Of a stretch of 64,000 nucleotides of DNA, positions 9,881 through 17,474 are shown piece by piece. Location of the stretch: positions 38,378 to 102,377 of IMG/VR virus record IMGVR_UViG_3300027708_001885; one strand, written 5' to 3'. The notes beneath the pieces were generated by a model. The model saw only the letters and a program-made list of their open reading frames with translations. It did not search any database and was not told where the DNA came from. The DNA is from a virus. A program made the position numbers and the translations under genes. The number at the start of each line of letters is the position of its first letter. The stretch's first letter is position 1.

Positions 9881-10001
9881 AACAGGCTACTTTTTTTGAT
9901 GGCGATGAAGCCATTGCTCTACCATTGAGCGAATTTGGGAAACCCCAAATGTTGGAATCGAACCAACGTGTCATAAATGACTTTGCTGAACGTAGCCTAA
10001 A
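9881..10001 (-). ncRNA. Y-RNA-like element 2 with circularly permuted tRNA
   Basis: Terminal stem AGGCTAC/GTAGCCT, then TTCAGCAA, T arm, loop-closed acceptor stem, D arm and anticodon-like arm. Confidence 0.7.
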
Positions 10002-10003
10002 AC

Positions 10004-10079
10004 TGGTTGCAGAGCTTGGATTCGAACCAAGGATGGCAAAGGCTTATGAGACCTCGCTGGTGACCAGACCCTCTCTGCG
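10004..10079 (-). tRNA. tRNA-Met(CAU), initiator-like, reduced D arm
   Basis: CTCATAA loop, C1:A72 mismatch, TTCGAAT T loop, ACCA end. Confidence 0.8.
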
Positions 10080-10228
10080 ATAATTGGTGGAGAACATTTT
10101 TGAGGTATCCCCTATGAAGCAGATCACTGCTAACCTGTTACATCGCATTTTAGTACTATTACTTGCCCCAAAGATTAGGTACCTACCTTGGCCGCTCATA
10201 CTGGATAATGTAACTTATCCGCTGTTCT

Positions 10229-10304
10229 TGGTGGAGGATATCAGGATCGAACTGATCACCTACTGCTTGCAAAGCAGCCGCTCTCCCAAATGAGCTAATC
10301 CCCC
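10229..10304 (-). tRNA. tRNA-Ala(UGC)
   Basis: Cloverleaf, G3:U70, TTTGCAA loop. Confidence 0.93.
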
Positions 10305-10309
10305 TAATA

Positions 10310-10387
10310 TGGTCGGACATGTAGGATTCAAACCTACGACCCTCGCGTCCCAAACGCGATGCGCTAATCAGGCTGCGCTAATGTCCG
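10310..10387 (-). tRNA. tRNA-Pro(UGG)
   Basis: Cloverleaf; TCGCG-TTTGGGA-CGCGA. Confidence 0.9.
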
Positions 10388-10517
10388 AAAATAAATTAGG
10401 GCACAACTATCTATCCTTACAGGACCAATAACACTTATTACCGTATTACTGACGACCATTGTTATTTAAAATTAGCACAGCGTCGACTAAGGACTAGAAG
10501 TGCTGATCCCCTAAAAC

Positions 10518-10593
10518 TGGTACCTGGTGACAGACTCGAACTGTCATCGCTCTCCGTGTAAAGGAGACGTATAACCTCTCTACGCAACCAGGC
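10518..10593 (-). tRNA. tRNA-Val(UAC)
   Basis: TCTCC-TTTACAC-GGAGA; TTCGAGT T loop; ACCA end. Confidence 0.88.
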
Positions 10594-10600
10594 AAAAATA

Positions 10601-10674
10601 TGGAGCGAGGTAGGAGAATCGAACTCCTCGCTTTAGATTGGAAATCTAAGGTATTGCCACTATACGAACCCCGC
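10601..10674 (-). tRNA. tRNA-Gly(UCC)
   Basis: TTAGA-TTTCCAA-TCTAA; TCCA end. Confidence 0.92.
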
Positions 10675-10676
10675 AT

Positions 10677-10759
10677 ACTTTATTGAAACACACTAACCGC
10701 TCTGTTCCTACTGTATGCCTACAGTTTGTATCCATTCGTTTAATACGTTTCAATAAAGT
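10677..10759 (-). repeat. hairpin cassette A (AAACACAYU/AGUGUGUUU family)
   Basis: About 19-bp stem whose G-U pairs form only on the minus strand; 45-nt insert. Confidence 0.7.
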
Positions 10760-10965
10760 GTCTAGCTACCTACACCACATAGGCCCTAGACTGAGCGGTC
10801 TACTCTGTCTACGTATTTCTTCTTTTGGAAAAGGTTAGCGTTCCCCACCCAATGCGTTTCCAGTATCCCCCAACAGGGACTGATAGTCAATGCACTGCAC
10901 ACTTAGCACTCTCTATGGTGACTGCCCCACCCACTTTCATAACGTCAAAGTGTAACCCGGGTTTC

Positions 10966-11040
10966 TGGTGCCGAATGTCTGGTTCGAACAGACGACCTAT
11001 CGCTTACAAGGCGATTGCACTACCGCTGTGCTAATTCGGC
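10966..11040 (-). tRNA. tRNA-Thr(UGU)
   Basis: ATCGC-CTTGTAA-GCGAT. Confidence 0.93.
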
Positions 11041-11050
11041 TTAAATCTAT

Positions 11051-11323
11051 TTAACCACCTTGTGTGGTATCTCGTACTTCGCTATCTTTGCGAAGTTCTT
11101 CTTCCAACCATAACATCTTTTGATGCCGATACATGTCTTCGCTCAATCCATGCCAACCAATACATTTGCCAGTTGGACTACGACCACAACCGCATGAACC
11201 AAATTCTTTTGGATTTTCTTTAACTCTTACTTGCATATCTTTCTTTCCAAAAATTACATCATAGTTATTGCCAAACTCTTTTTGGCTAACACTATACGGA
11301 CGAGGTCTACTGCCTTTGCTCAT
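11051..11323 (-). CDS. small protein with CDGSH-like Fe-S/Zn motif
   Basis: CGCGRSPTGKCIGWH resembles the CxCxxSxxxPxCDGSH motif. Confidence 0.6.
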   Translation of the reverse strand: MSKGSRPRPYSVSQKEFGNNYDVIFGKKDMQVRVKENPKEFGSCGCGRSPTGKCIGWHGLSEDMYRHQKMLWLEEELRKDSEVRDTTQGG

Positions 11324-11553
11324 CAGCGGACTCTCTTTAAATACTCACGTCCTACAAGTCCTGCTTCAATTTCTTGAAGTGCAGTAATAGTTGGACTGTT
11401 GAGTCCCATGACCTGTTTAGCATGACCACGGCGTAATTCTCGAACTCGAGCAGCCGCGATCAATACTAGATCAAATCTATTGCCTACCGCTTCGACACAT
11501 TTATCCGTGTCAATGTTTTGCGGCGAAAACTTTGTCTTAATTATTTGTACCAT
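11323..11553 (-). CDS. rpoZ: RNA polymerase omega subunit homolog
   Basis: CVEAVGNRFDLVLIAAARVREL...TITALQEIEAG. Confidence 0.88.
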   Translation of the reverse strand: MVQIIKTKFSPQNIDTDKCVEAVGNRFDLVLIAAARVRELRRGHAKQVMGLNSPTITALQEIEAGLVGREYLKRVR

Positions 11554-11579
11554 TTGCTACCTTTTGTTGAAAAAACTTT

Positions 11580-11654
11580 TGGCTCCTCAGACTGGGATCG
11601 AACCAATGACCGATCGGTTAACAGCCGATTGCTCTACCGCTGAGCTACTGAGGA
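11580..11654 (-). tRNA. tRNA-Asn(GUU)
   Basis: ATCGG-CTGTTAA-CCGAT. Confidence 0.95.
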
Positions 11655-11664
11655 ATATATTGTT

Positions 11665-11952
11665 TGGTGCTCCGAGCCGGACTCGAACCGGCACACCTTG
11701 CGGCGAGAGATTTTCTTACCACTATAGTTTTCACTACCCTTGCGGTTTGATGGTCTGGACTATACCTTCATCATAGTATTACTACTTTAGATGCCCGCCG
11801 TCTAGTCTCTACACGTTCCCTTTCGGGCTTCGCTCGGTATTAGCATTTTACAGCCTTCACCGAATTTGACGGGTTCTACTCCTAGCATTTCCACTAGGGC
11901 ACTCAAATTTTACTCTCAAGTCTCTTGTGTCTACCTATTTCACCATCGGAGC
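11665..11952 (-). tRNA. tRNA-Leu(UAA) split by a group I intron (exons 11918-11952 and 11665-11714)
   Basis: Splicing gives AGAGA-CTTAAAA-TCTCT with a long variable arm and ACCA end. Confidence 0.92.
11715..11917 (-). mobile_element. group I intron (IC3-like, ORF-less, 203 nt)
   Basis: Inserted after U34 and ends in G; core motifs AATTCGGTGAA, AATACCGAGC, TGTAGAGACTAGACGG and AAGGTATAGTCC. Confidence 0.92.
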
Positions 11953-11960
11953 ATTACCAA

Positions 11961-12035
11961 ATTAAAACATACTACTAACAGGCGGTCGATATCAGCGTTA
12001 GCCAAGTCACTTACCCGTATGCAGTATGTTTTAAT
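11961..12035 (-). repeat. hairpin cassette B
   Basis: ATTAAAACATACTGC/GTAGTATGTTTTAAT stem; 45-nt insert. Confidence 0.7.
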
Positions 12036-12036
12036 A

Positions 12037-12112
12037 TGGTGCCCTAGGAGAGACTCGAACTCTCAGAACCTGGTTTCTAAGACCAGTACGTATACCATTC
12101 CGTCACCAGGGC
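12037..12112 (-). tRNA. tRNA-Leu(UAG) lacking a long variable arm
   Basis: CTGGT-CTTAGAA-ACCAG; 76 nt total. Confidence 0.88.
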
Positions 12113-12158
12113 ATATATTTTTTAACGAACGTTGCTAAACTTGTTAGCCTATGTGTTT

Positions 12159-12187
12159 ATTATACAGGGTATTTAACAACCTGTCAA
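12159..12187 (-). promoter_or_regulatory. sigma70 consensus promoter internal to the tRNA array
   Basis: TTGACA-17 nt-TATAAT, followed by boxA-like GTTCGTTAAAAA at about 12119-12130. Confidence 0.85.
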
Positions 12188-12203
12188 CCCCTATCTAAAT
12201 TAA

Positions 12204-12423
12204 TTTGTTAAAGTAGTGTCACCATCGTTATAGACACCATTCACCCGTGTAATTAAGCCGGCCGGGACTCGGTACGTCACTTGGGATACTAGTCCAGATG
12301 ATACCCATTGTATGCCGATGCAATCAAGCGATCAGCCGGGTAACGACCCCGCATCCTTCTACTGTTTTGGTCCTTCGAAGAAACCTAGACAGCGTGACAT
12401 TCTCTTGCTAACACTCTAACAAA
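12204..12423 (-). ncRNA. candidate structured ncRNA (~220 nt)
   Basis: GC-rich non-coding segment closed by TTTGTTAGAGT/ACTTTAACAAA, with internal GTCAC/GTGAC and GTGTC/GACAC pairings. Confidence 0.5.
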
Positions 12424-12427
12424 ACTT

Positions 12428-12497
12428 GGTGCACCTAACAGGAATCAAACCTATCTACGTTTGGCTTCAAATCCAACTCGCAATGTCAATCCAGCGC
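12428..12497 (-). pseudogene. degenerate tRNA-like sequence
   Basis: T arm ATAGG-TTTGATT-CCTGT and ACCA end; D arm and acceptor pairing poor. Confidence 0.45.
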
Positions 12498-12578
12498 ATA
12501 AAAATAATCAAGAGCTTGTAGACCAAACTACAATTTACCGGTTTCTAGACGAATTCTCAAACTTGGTGTGTGATCAAA

Positions 12579-13301
12579 TTACCTGGCCCGAACCCACGAA
12601 TAATACCCTCCGTGACTTCCATTGATCAGGCTAAAATGATTTAGATACGGGTGATCTGCAGGGGGATACTTCAAATCAAATTTTGGTTTTGCCCCCAACT
12701 CACTGCTGATTTCTTCTATGACATCTCGGTCCTTGACATTCAACACATCCAGTACTAGTGTGCCGCCTACTTTGAGGCTTTTGAGTGCCTTGTCCCAGTA
12801 GTACTCCTTGGGATAATGCCAGCACCAAGAAAACATAGAAATTATAAGATCTACGTCAGCCGGCCAATCATCGTCGGGTGACAAGATGTTGAATTTATTT
12901 TTGTCCACTTCGGGACTAGTCAACGATTCGTTAAAAACTTCCCACAGATTGTACGAATAGTATTCTTTAGAATAATATGTTGGCTGACTAGGGAATTCAA
13001 CTGTTGTTTTGTCAACTAGAAAAAATTCAATATTTTTGTTTAGATGATGCAAAGTTAAATCAAATGTAGCTATTCCGCTACCAACATCAATTACTTTTTT
13101 TAAATTGGGTACATCAATGTGATTTGATGTTCTATTCCAATTCCCCAATGCAGTATCTTCCAATCTTTTGAAGAATAACTCTCGAGTATTGAATTCTTTC
13201 CAATGTTGCGGGCCTGTTTGCAATTTTGCCACCAGGGATAGTTTGTTGTAATTTTGCCAATAAATTCGTTTGTTGCTGATGGGTAATGATATGCTGTTCA
13301 T
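12579..13301 (-). CDS. class I SAM-dependent methyltransferase
   Basis: VIDVGSG, DLIISMFSWCWHYP, LKVGG. Confidence 0.75.
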   Translation of the reverse strand: MNSISLPISNKRIYWQNYNKLSLVAKLQTGPQHWKEFNTRELFFKRLEDTALGNWNRTSNHIDVPNLKKVIDVGSGIATFDLTLHHLNKNIEFFLVDKTTVEFPSQPTYYSKEYYSYNLWEVFNESLTSPEVDKNKFNILSPDDDWPADVDLIISMFSWCWHYPKEYYWDKALKSLKVGGTLVLDVLNVKDRDVIEEISSELGAKPKFDLKYPPADHPYLNHFSLINGSHGGYYSWVRAR

Positions 13302-13325
13302 ATCAATATTTAGTTTTATCAGATT

Positions 13326-13871
13326 TTAGAATTTGTTTTTGTACACTGCAAAACTTTTGTACTTTCTGATACTACGTTCTATCAGCAACTTGTGCTTTTC
13401 TCTATCAAGAGAACCTTCAATATACAATGTAGTACGGTCTGGATCTTCTCGAACACGATGTACACACGATGTTAGATCTAATGCATAGGCAAATGGAGCA
13501 TTTGGTAAAATTGGAGTAATCCAATCAGTACCGTTATATACTTCAAGTGAATTATTTTTTCCCTGTAATAAAATATGATACCCTGCCGGCTCTGTAGATT
13601 TAATTAAATCTAATTTTTCTGGGGTAGAGTTTTTTATATCGTGATCTATATGTGGACCGACTGCTTTTAATTGCACCTTATATGTAAATATTTCTACTTT
13701 GGAAAATGGTAATTGATCAAACAACCAGTTATATTCAACATAGTTATTTTCTTTACCTAAAATAGTTCGTGTTCTCCAAAATTTCTGTCGAGCACTAACA
13801 TGGTAATCACCCAATTTAAACGTTGGGTTATTTGGTATTGTTATGTCTAGTGGAACAAATAATAATGTCAT
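13326..13871 (-). CDS. hypothetical protein, cupin/2OG-oxygenase-like
   Basis: PHID...H...R pattern; start moved to MTLLF because the annotated extension overlaps tRNA-Tyr. Confidence 0.6.
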   Translation of the reverse strand: MTLLFVPLDITIPNNPTFKLGDYHVSARQKFWRTRTILGKENNYVEYNWLFDQLPFSKVEIFTYKVQLKAVGPHIDHDIKNSTPEKLDLIKSTEPAGYHILLQGKNNSLEVYNGTDWITPILPNAPFAYALDLTSCVHRVREDPDRTTLYIEGSLDREKHKLLIERSIRKYKSFAVYKNKF

Positions 13872-13882
13872 ATTTTTATTTA

Positions 13883-13967
13883 TGGTGGAGTGTACTGGGA
13901 TCGAACCAGTCATGCCCGAAGACGGCGGAGTTACAGTCCGCTGCACCACCATTGGTGCGTCCACTCC
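13883..13967 (-). tRNA. tRNA-Tyr(GUA)
   Basis: GCGGA-CTGTAAC-TCCGC with long variable arm. Confidence 0.88.
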
Positions 13968-13972
13968 ATATA

Positions 13973-14065
13973 TGGTACCAGCGGAGAGGATCGAACTCTC
14001 TCAAGAACGCTAATCTGGCGCTGAAAAGATTTATAAAATCTCTCTGACTTCCAAGTCTCGCTGGC
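13973..14065 (-). tRNA. atypical tRNA with UAU (Ile) anticodon, mini D arm and long variable arm
   Basis: GCCAGCG-A-GACT-TGGA-AGTC-A-GAGAGAT-TTTATAA-ATCTTTT...TTCGATC...ACCA. Confidence 0.75.
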
Positions 14066-14144
14066 ATATATAAACACACTTTATGCTTTGGGAATAACAT
14101 TTCTGTTAAGCAACCATCAACGGTTACGAAGTGTGTTTATATAT
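14066..14144 (-). repeat. hairpin cassette C
   Basis: Perfect 16-bp ATATATAAACACACTT/AAGTGTGTTTATATAT stem; 47-nt insert. Confidence 0.75.
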
Positions 14145-14219
14145 GGCGTCCCTAACGAGATTCGAACTCGTGTACCCGACGTGAAAGGCCGGTGTCCTAG
14201 GCCTCTAGACGATAGGGAC
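14144..14219 (-). tRNA. tRNA-Glu(UUC)
   Basis: CCGGC-CTTTCAC-GTCGG; GCCA end. Confidence 0.95.
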
Positions 14220-14234
14220 AAATTTTACTGTTAA

Positions 14235-14246
14235 TTGTTAAAGAGC
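14235..14246 (-). promoter_or_regulatory. boxA antitermination element
   Basis: GCTCTTTAACAA matches the rrn boxA consensus and lies between promoter and tRNA. Confidence 0.75.
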
Positions 14247-14272
14247 GTATGTTAATTTCTTAACATGTGTTT

Positions 14273-14301
14273 ATTATAGCATAGTTTTCTAACGGTGTCA
14301 A
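14273..14301 (-). promoter_or_regulatory. sigma70 consensus promoter
   Basis: TTGACA-17 nt-TATAAT with extended -10 TG. Confidence 0.88.
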
Positions 14302-14302
14302 G

Positions 14303-14376
14303 TGGTGCTCAAGTAAAGAATCGAACTTTAATTTCCAACGTACCAAGTTGGTGTACTACCATTGTACTACAAGAGC
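14303..14376 (-). tRNA. tRNA-Thr(GGU)
   Basis: CCAAC-TTGGTAC-GTTGG; two U-U mismatches in the acceptor stem. Confidence 0.85.
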
Positions 14377-14391
14377 ATTATAAATAAAATT

Positions 14392-14877
14392 ATGCAAGAA
14401 AATTATAAACCTGTTGATATCAAATATGATAGAAATACTATAATGAATATTTTACAATCAGATAATAAAAATATTGTTAGACCGTGCTCTGTAGTAGAAA
14501 GATTTAGAATATCTAAAATATTGAATTTAAAAGACCCTATAACAAATATATTATACTTTCAAATGAATAAAGAATTTATAGGTGATATCCATAAAGATTA
14601 TACAGGAGAATATTATATAACTCATGCACTGATTTTACCGTTAATGGGTTGTAAAGCCACACATATGAAATGGTTTTTCCAAAACAATAATGTTACCAAC
14701 AATTCATTGTTAGGACCGACTGGGAAACCAATTCCTTTGTTATTGCATAGTAATGCGACCTGTATAGATACTGTCAATTGCAATACTCCCATTATAGTTA
14801 AGATAGATGATTGGCATTCAATTGAAAATAATTCAATTGAAGAGGTTAGTCATCTTATAAGTATAAGATTTGAGTAA
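14392..14877 (+). CDS. hypothetical protein, cupin/2OG-oxygenase-like
   Basis: IHKD...WHSIEN pattern; start at MQENY after TATAAATA. Confidence 0.6.
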   Translation: MQENYKPVDIKYDRNTIMNILQSDNKNIVRPCSVVERFRISKILNLKDPITNILYFQMNKEFIGDIHKDYTGEYYITHALILPLMGCKATHMKWFFQNNNVTNNSLLGPTGKPIPLLLHSNATCIDTVNCNTPIIVKIDDWHSIENNSIEEVSHLISIRFE

Positions 14878-15773
14878 TGGAGCATATTATAAATATCTAT
14901 ATGAAAATAACACCTATAAAAGATTCTTGGGGCTGCACTATTGAATTTGATAATCCTATGGATTTTTTTCAATATGACAATAACTACTGGCGTGATATGT
15001 TATATAGGAAAAAAATAATAATTTTTAAACGTATGAATTTTGAATTATTAGATTTTGCAAAATTTGGAACATACTTTGGGTCACCTTGGGACAAATGCGA
15101 TTACACATACAGCCGTGAAATAGGATTAACATGTGAAGATGTTGATAAAAATTATAGTGTATCTCATTTCAGTAATAAAATTCTCGGAATAGCAGATAGT
15201 GAAATGCCATGGCACGCTGATATTCCAAACCGAAGTTATAATCCTTATCCCCATAGAGCTTTATGGATTGTTAAGAATCCCAATCCTGATATATCGGGAA
15301 AAACAAAATGGCTCAATATTGAGGATTGTTTTAAACACTTAACTCCTAAGATGAAAGAATTATTGCCTAGAGTTAAGATAGAACAACAAAGTTGGTATGC
15401 ACCCGGCACCGATTTAGGAATTTATGATTTTATTAAAATACACCCTATTACAAAAAAACCAAGTTTGCGATTAAACTTTTATAATACAGATAAAATGAAA
15501 GGTGCTTGGATTAAAAGTGTCTATATTGATAATGAATTGCAATCTGATTGCAGTGTGATAAAAATGTTTATTGAACATTTAGAAAAAATTCCCGAGCTAG
15601 TACATTATCACCAATGGGACAACCAGGATATAGTTATATATGATAATTGGTCTTTTTTACACGGACGTACAGCATTACAGTTAGGCAACACTCCCGATAC
15701 TCAAGAACGTGCATTTTATAGGATGAATATTGATCATGTTGCTAATGATGTTTGGAACAATCAAAATATCTGA
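14877..15773 (+). CDS. TauD/TfdA family dioxygenase
   Basis: WHAD, HPIT and W...DIVIYDNW..LHGR motifs; true start may be 14901. Confidence 0.85.
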   Translation: MEHIINIYMKITPIKDSWGCTIEFDNPMDFFQYDNNYWRDMLYRKKIIIFKRMNFELLDFAKFGTYFGSPWDKCDYTYSREIGLTCEDVDKNYSVSHFSNKILGIADSEMPWHADIPNRSYNPYPHRALWIVKNPNPDISGKTKWLNIEDCFKHLTPKMKELLPRVKIEQQSWYAPGTDLGIYDFIKIHPITKKPSLRLNFYNTDKMKGAWIKSVYIDNELQSDCSVIKMFIEHLEKIPELVHYHQWDNQDIVIYDNWSFLHGRTALQLGNTPDTQERAFYRMNIDHVANDVWNNQNI

Positions 15774-16342
15774 TTTCCACCTTCGACTGCAATATCGACA
15801 ATAAGATGTATTCTAAAATCATCACCGTTGTTTATTAATTGATGAGGCAATCTATTATTAAGCTGACTTAACATTTTAAAAGGCATATGCTCAGTAATAG
15901 AAGAATCTTCTCCACTGAATAATACCATATTGTTTGTTTTAAACGGTATATGAAATCTTGAATACATTTCAAAATAATCACAAGGATCAGTATGCAGACC
16001 AACCTGACTTTTTGATTCTAATCGTACAATCATTATTCTTCCTAATGCAATACCATCAACTTGTTTATAAATCCATTCAGATGCTAAACATGCATTTTTG
16101 TATATATCGGTAGCAGGAAAATTATTTTCGCATTCTGTAATCATGCACCATTCTTCAAGTGATGTTGGCAATTTGCCTTTTGGTATTTTATTTCCTCGAA
16201 TATGAATGGCTTTGCTGGTATTGAACACGGAATTCCGTCTACTAGGATCTAAAATAGTTTCCCATTGAATAGTGTTTATTTCCTCTAACGCAGAAAAAAA
16301 TATACAATCAGGCACTTCGGTAATTGTTTTAACTAACGGCAT
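15761..16342 (-). CDS. aspartyl/asparaginyl beta-hydroxylase-domain oxygenase
   Basis: GRIMIVRL, HTD, RFHIP, H...N...RIHLIVD. Confidence 0.75.
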   Translation of the reverse strand: MPLVKTITEVPDCIFFSALEEINTIQWETILDPSRRNSVFNTSKAIHIRGNKIPKGKLPTSLEEWCMITECENNFPATDIYKNACLASEWIYKQVDGIALGRIMIVRLESKSQVGLHTDPCDYFEMYSRFHIPFKTNNMVLFSGEDSSITEHMPFKMLSQLNNRLPHQLINNGDDFRIHLIVDIAVEGGNQIF

Positions 16343-16358
16343 ATATTAATTTATGCAT

Positions 16359-16433
16359 TGGTCTCGCCACCAAGGATCGAACTTGGATCAAAAGTTTAGG
16401 AAACTTCTATTCTATCCATTGAACTACAGCGAG
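16359..16433 (-). tRNA. tRNA-Arg(CCU)
   Basis: GAAGT-TTCCTAA-ACTTT. Confidence 0.9.
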
Positions 16434-16435
16434 AA

Positions 16436-16510
16436 TGGTCCGGCGTAACAGAATCGAACTGCTGTTTAGGAGGTAGAAGCTCCCTGTATTTTCCACTATA
16501 CGAACGCCAG
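16436..16510 (-). tRNA. tRNA-Arg(UCU)
   Basis: GGGAG-CTTCTAC-CTCCT. Confidence 0.9.
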
Positions 16511-16513
16511 ATG

Positions 16514-16587
16514 TGGTAGGTCATGACGGTATTGAACCGCCGTATCTTGGATGTCGACCAAGCACTCTACCTTTGAGTTAATGACCT
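16514..16587 (-). tRNA. tRNA-Val(GAC), C at position 33
   Basis: CTTGG-TCGACAT-CCAAG. Confidence 0.85.
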
Positions 16588-17253
16588 ATGTTTATTGTTG
16601 CTTCTTCCAAAATTCCAACCATGTGGTAACGGATCTGTTTCTAAATGAAGTTTGTCATCCACTCCGTCTGTTATAAACTTTCTATTTTTATATGATGCCG
16701 AACCTGCATTCAAAAAATGTTTGCTATTTTTTCTTCCATTTATTGATTTTATTTCAGCACTATGAACTTCGCAATAACTAGCAAATCTTGTCTTTACTGG
16801 CAACTCACAGCAGATACATTTTTTGATTTCAAAATTTATTTTTCTTCCCAAAATCCAACCATCTGGCAATTCTTTGCTAATTGATATTTTTTTAGATACT
16901 TTTAATTCCGAGTTATAAATCCATTTTGTTCCAAACTGAGTATTTCCCGACCCTGTTTGTTTTTTGCTCTGAGCTTTAGAAAGTTTTCTTCTAAGCCATC
17001 CGTATAATTTATTTGATGGGCGATTAGCAACCATCATTACAGCGGCATGTAATAACGCAGAATTGTCTGGATTTATTTTCACTAGTAACTGATGTGCCAG
17101 ATAATGTTCTTCTGGTGTAAGATATACTAAGTTAATTTTATCATCCTTTCCACCTAGACATCGTGGTACAATGTGATGCCACTCACCGTATTCATTTAAC
17201 GTTCTTACTGATGCTCGAATAACAAGGTTATCGTATATTTTTTGATAGTTCAT
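16567..17253 (-). CDS. HNH homing endonuclease
   Basis: MNYQKIY..., EWHHIVPRCLGG.D...NLVYLTPEEHYLAH; stop codon lies inside tRNA-Val. Confidence 0.88.
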   Translation of the reverse strand: MNYQKIYDNLVIRASVRTLNEYGEWHHIVPRCLGGKDDKINLVYLTPEEHYLAHQLLVKINPDNSALLHAAVMMVANRPSNKLYGWLRRKLSKAQSKKQTGSGNTQFGTKWIYNSELKVSKKISISKELPDGWILGRKINFEIKKCICCELPVKTRFASYCEVHSAEIKSINGRKNSKHFLNAGSASYKNRKFITDGVDDKLHLETDPLPHGWNFGRSNNKHRSLTQR

Positions 17254-17275
17254 ATTGTATTTACCATCAAGTTTC

Positions 17276-17315
17276 ACCGTGTCGAGGTAGTGTTCTACCA
17301 TTAAACTAAGGACCT
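17276..17315 (-). pseudogene. 5' half of a tRNA-Val(GAC), truncated by the HNH insertion
   Basis: AGGTCCT-TA-GTTT-AATGGTA-GAAC-A-CTACC-TCGACAC-GGT, then unrelated sequence. Confidence 0.75.
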
Positions 17316-17323
17316 GAATAGGT

Positions 17324-17473
17324 TTTCGAGAGACCAGCTATCTTTCTGAAGGACTCACTGGCTTGTCTCGTATGAGCGAGTTTAAACTACCCTGTATAAT
17401 TCTACTGGTGTGTCATGCATCAGCCTAATGCACTAGAATACAAGGGACTCGAATCTCTACGTCTATCTCGAAA
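17324..17473 (-). ncRNA. candidate structured ncRNA (~150 nt)
   Basis: Terminal TTTCGAGA/TCTCGAAA stem with nested helices and a possible pseudoknot. Confidence 0.5.
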
Positions 17474-17474
17474 C

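Noticed and set aside
9898-9915. Opal suppressor reading (UCA) of the element-2 hairpin
   Set aside because: The loop is 6 nt (UUCAUC), ambiguous between UCA and CAU, and the RNA has no free acceptor end.
10085-10228. tmRNA
   Set aside because: It ends in CCACCA but is too short, and lacks the GGGG 5' end, T arm and a recognisable tag frame.
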